A stretch of 64,000 bases of DNA from Podarcis filfolensis (taxonomy: Eukaryota). Made by a program: the position numbers and the translations under genes. This document shows positions 60,058 to 64,000 of this stretch, one piece after another. The notes under the pieces are model-generated. The model did not search any database, was not told where the DNA came from, and saw nothing but the letters and a program-made list of their open reading frames with translations. Where the stretch lies: assembly GCA_964270895.1 (NCBI GenBank), contig OZ185443.1. The stretch is one strand, 5' to 3'. Position 1 is the stretch's first letter. Every line of letters starts with the position of its first letter.

Positions 60058-63000
60058 TTGCAAGTGTAGGTCCATAGGCAACAAAACCGCCACCGTGCGT
60101 GACTTTTTTGTCTCGCAGGGGATTGACCTGGCTTGCGTGATGGAGACCTGGGTACGGGAAGGCAAAGTAGTCTCCCTACATGAGATAACACCCCCAGGTT
60201 TCTCTGTCCTCCATCAATCGCGGACTGTGGGTCGGGGGGAGAGGAGTAGCGTTGTTATTCCAGGAGGATTGCTCTTTCAGAGCTCTGCCATCACCGGCGA
60301 TCTCCGGCATTGAATGTGTTGGTCTCGTGTGGGGCACCAAGGAGAGCTTGGCTGTCTGGCTGGTGTACCGACCACCCAGCACACCTGCAGCCACCCTGTC
60401 AGACCTGCTGGAGGTGGTGGCGGGCTGGGCCTTGGAATTCCCAAACCTACTGGTTTTGGGAGACTTCAACGTCCATGCCGATGCCGCTCCCTCCTCACAG
60501 GCTCTGGACCTAGTGACTTCCAGGGCTCTCCCACTAGGGCTCTCCCAGTTTGTTTTGGGCCCCACTCATCAAGCAGGCCACACGCTGGATCTGATCTTTG
60601 GGGCTGGCATAGGTGTGATCATGCTCCCCGCTGTGGAAGTGCCATGGTCTGATCACTACGCTCTGAAAGCCAAGATTGACTTTCCGCTCCTCCCCGGCTT
60701 GGGTGGCGAACCTATTTGGGCTCGTCCGCGAAAACTGATGGATCCTGATAGATTCCGACAAGCCTTGCGGAACCCTGCTCCTCCTGGCGACTCATTAGAT
60801 GACCTTGCTGAGGACTGGAATAACCGGCTCTTGGCAGCCATTGATGAGATCGCGCCTAAGCGCCCTCTGCGGCCCCGTCAAAACCGGGCACCTTGGTTTA
60901 CTGAGGAGCTCCGGAAAATGAAGCGGGATCTCAGACGGCTAGAGCGAGTATGGCGACGGACTCGTGACGGAGCCTCAAGAACATCTTATAGGACGCTTAT
61001 GAAAGCCTATGAGATGGCTATGAAAGCTGCTAAGAAGTCTTACTTTGCAGCTTCCATTGCATCCGCTAGCTCTCGCCCGGCACAACTTTTTAGAATAATT
61101 AGGTCAATAACGTCCTTGGGAGGACAACCAAATTTAAGCACAAATTCGACCCACAGCTGTGAGGCATTCGCAACCTTTTTTCGGAGAAAGTCCTGTTGCT
61201 CCGCCGTGACCTCCCTGCCAATTTAGATACAGTGACTGAACTGGAGGCCCCTCGACTGACTTCAGGTCCAGTGTTGGACCATTTCGATCGGATACTCCCT
61301 ACTGATGTGGATAGATTCCTCCAAGGTGGTAGACCCACCACCTGCCTCCTTGATCCGTGCCTGTCTTGGCTGATTAGGGAGTGTCCAGATGTTGCGCGGA
61401 CCGCCCTGGTTGAAATTATCAATTTGTCCCTTGACACGGGGACATTCCCAGGGGAACTGAAGGAAGCAGTGGTGTGTCCACTCTTAAAGAAAACTTCATT
61501 AGATCCCTTAGACCTATCCAATTACCGCCCAGTTTCAAATCTTCCATACCTGGGTAAGGTAATTGAGAGAGCGGTTGCTGAACAGCTTGGTAGGTTTCTG
61601 GAGGAAACATCGGCATTAGATCCATTTCAGTCCAGTTTCCATCCTGGTTTTGGGATGGAGACGGCTCTGGTTGCCCTAACAGATGACCTCCGTAGACAAC
61701 TGGATCGAGGCGGGTCAGGACTGCTGATCCTTTTAGATTTGTCAGCAGCCTTTGACATGGTCGATCATGATCTTCTGGACCACCGCCTCGCAGACGTGGG
61801 GATACAGGGCATAGCCCGTAACTGGCTGTGCTCTTTTATCTCTGGTCGGGGACAGAGGGTGGCACTAGGGAGGGAAATGTCGTTGCGCCACTCCTTGGTG
61901 TGTGGAGTGCCGCAGGGCGCAATTCTCTCCTCGATGCTTTTTAACATCTTTATGTGCCCCCTTGCCCAGATTATCCGGAGCTTTGGGCTGGGCTGTTACC
62001 AATATGCTGATGACACTCAGCTCTATCTGCTGATGGATGGCCACACCGACTCGGCCCCGAACACACTGACCAGATGCTTGGAAGCTGTGGCTGGATGGTT
62101 TCGTAGGAGCCGATTGAAAATAAATCCTTCAAAGTCAGAGGTCCTATGGCTAGGTCGGGATGGCATGGGGATGAGGGACCAGCTCCCTTCTCTTGCGGGG
62201 GCCCAATTAGTGCCATTGCCTTCCGTTAAGAGTTTGGGTGTAATCCTTGACGCCTCCCTTTCCATGGAGGCGCAAGTTACAGCAACAGCCAAGGCGACAT
62301 TTTTCCACCTTCGCCGCATCAAGCAGTTGGTCCCTTACCTTTCCCGCCCCGACCTGGCCACAGTGATCCATGTGAGAGTCATCTCCAGGCTTGACTACTG
62401 TAATTCGCTCTACACGGGGCTGCCCTTGAAGCTGTCCCAAAAACTCCAGTGGGTACAGAATGCTGCAGCGCGGCTCCTCACGGGGTCTCTGCCATGGGAG
62501 CATATTCACCCAGTGCTTTTCAAGCTGCACTGGCTCCCGGTGGAGTACAGGGTCAGATTTAAGGTGCTGCTTTTGACCTTTAAAGCCCTTCACGGCCTAG
62601 GACCCTCGTACCTACGGGACCGCCTCTCCTGGTATGCCCCACGGAGAGCCTCAAGGTCCATAAATAGCAACACCCTAGTGGTCCCGGGCCCTAAGGAAGT
62701 TAGAATGGCTTCAACCAGAGCCAGGGCCTTTTCAACACTGGCTCCTGCTGGTGGAACGCTCTGCCTCATGAGACCAGGGCCCTGCAGGATCTGATTTCTT
62801 TCCGCAGGGCCTGTAAGACAGAGTTGTTCCGCCTGGCCTTTGGCTTGGAGCCAATTTGATTCCCTCCCTCCCTATCTTTCTTTTTTCTTTTCCTTCTCCT
62901 CCTGCGATGAGGCTACATTTTAATATTTTAATGTTCCATTATTTTAATGTTGTATTTTATTTTTGTTTTTAAGTTGTAATCATTCATCTTGTTTTTATTA

Positions 63001-63077
63001 TTGCTTGTAAGCCGCTCTGAGCCTGGCCTTGGCTGGGGAGGGCGGGGTATAAATAAAAAAATATTATTATTATTATT
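60058..63077 (+). mobile_element. L2 LINE, about 3 kb, nearly whole ORF2 (APE endonuclease + RT) with about 3 frameshifts
   Basis: RSIGNK...DLACVMETW, VYRPP, LGDFNVH, GHTLDL, WSDH (endonuclease); NYRPVSNL, LDLSAAFD, GVPQG, QYADDTQL (RT); (TAT)n tail. Frameshifts near 60245, 61190 and 62750. Confidence 0.96.
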
Positions 63078-64000
63078 AAAGAAAAACATAGCAATACCGT
63101 ATAGGACATATGTTTTCCACTGTGTAGCTATCAGCCGTTCCAGGAGGGGGACAGGAGTGATTTATTTTGATGACATGGTGTGGAAGCTGGTTATTCTTCT
63201 CTGAATGCTGCTTCTTCAAACTTTATAGTAACCAGTTGGGACGGCTAATTAATGAAAAACCTTTACCCCATCAGCAGCTTGAAGATGATCTCCCACATCA
63301 TACCTACTTTTGCCCCAGGTTTAGACTAAACCATGGAACTGCACGCACTCCATCCAAGGTGCTTTGACAATGAGTTTATCTGGATGGATTTGATGGAAGC
63401 TTGGAGGGTAAGGAGTGGTTCCCAATCCTGCATGTGTTCAGGAAGGGCCAAGAAATATCTTGCCTCAGCCTGGAGCTAAGCGACTGTCAAATTGTTACAT
63501 TGAGTTAACAGAACTTAAAAAATAAAAATTCATCGCTCATTTATTCTTTAGGTCAAACATTAAGTGAGAAGCAACGGGCTGTTATTTTAGTTGACCTGCT
63601 TATAAAGCTGATAAATTAGGGTACTCTTTGGAGCTAATTATTTTTTCTGTGCAATCAAGTTCTTATTGATAATGGATATGCTAATGAAACTTGCCTTACA
63701 ATGACAGGTTAAAGAAATATACTTGAGAAATCTTCTCTTAATTGCTGTAACAGAAATGTTGATGGAAAAGACACCATGCCAATTATTTTTTATTTCCTTT
63801 CCAAATTATTACAAATCAAACCAAAGTACGGTAATTCAATTCAATACAGTTTCCAAAACAGGTTTCCTGCTCCTGTTACAAGGTATGTCCAGGATATGCC
63901 CCTGCTGCTGCGTCAGTTCTCACTTAATCTCTAGTTGACATTACTTCACAGTTTCCATTGATGGAAATACGTTTATTACTAATGCATCGGAAGCATGTAA

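Noticed and set aside
60252-62794. Host gene or retron-like RT system
   Set aside because: It is frameshifted L2 ORF2 with a LINE tail.
63500-64000. WDR1 3' end or poly(A) signal (minus-strand AATAAA near 63972-63977)
   Set aside because: Expected from synteny, but no WDR1 coding exon is recognisable and the hexamer alone is uninformative.

Overview
Vertebrate genomic DNA, almost certainly a squamate and probably a lacertid lizard. The evidence is six Sauria SINEs, Bov-B, CR1, L2 and L1 LINE fragments, and many hAT and Tc1/mariner MITEs. The only host gene I can support is the 5' half of SLC2A9 (GLUT9, urate transporter) on the minus strand: internal coding exons at 8551-8649, 2407-2567 and 524-648 (99, 161 and 125 bp, canonical GT-AG, consistent phases), continuing off the left edge. 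It has two alternative phase-0 first coding exons: one in a CpG island (13595-13648, GLUT9a-like) and one distal (18300-18398, GLUT9b-like). Everything from about 18.5 kb to 64 kb is repeat-rich upstream or intergenic DNA; no exon of the expected neighbour WDR1 was recognised. I see no evidence of a wholly new multi-gene system. The most interesting signals are: (1) upstream ORFs whose stop codons overlap the start codon in both alternative first exons; (2) a young, circularly permuted inverted duplication at 34.76-34.95 kb; (3) next to it, a 190-bp segment copied into a SINE that sits inside a composite MITE; and (4) candidate HNF1-type regulatory sites. Repeat names come from pattern recognition, not a database search.
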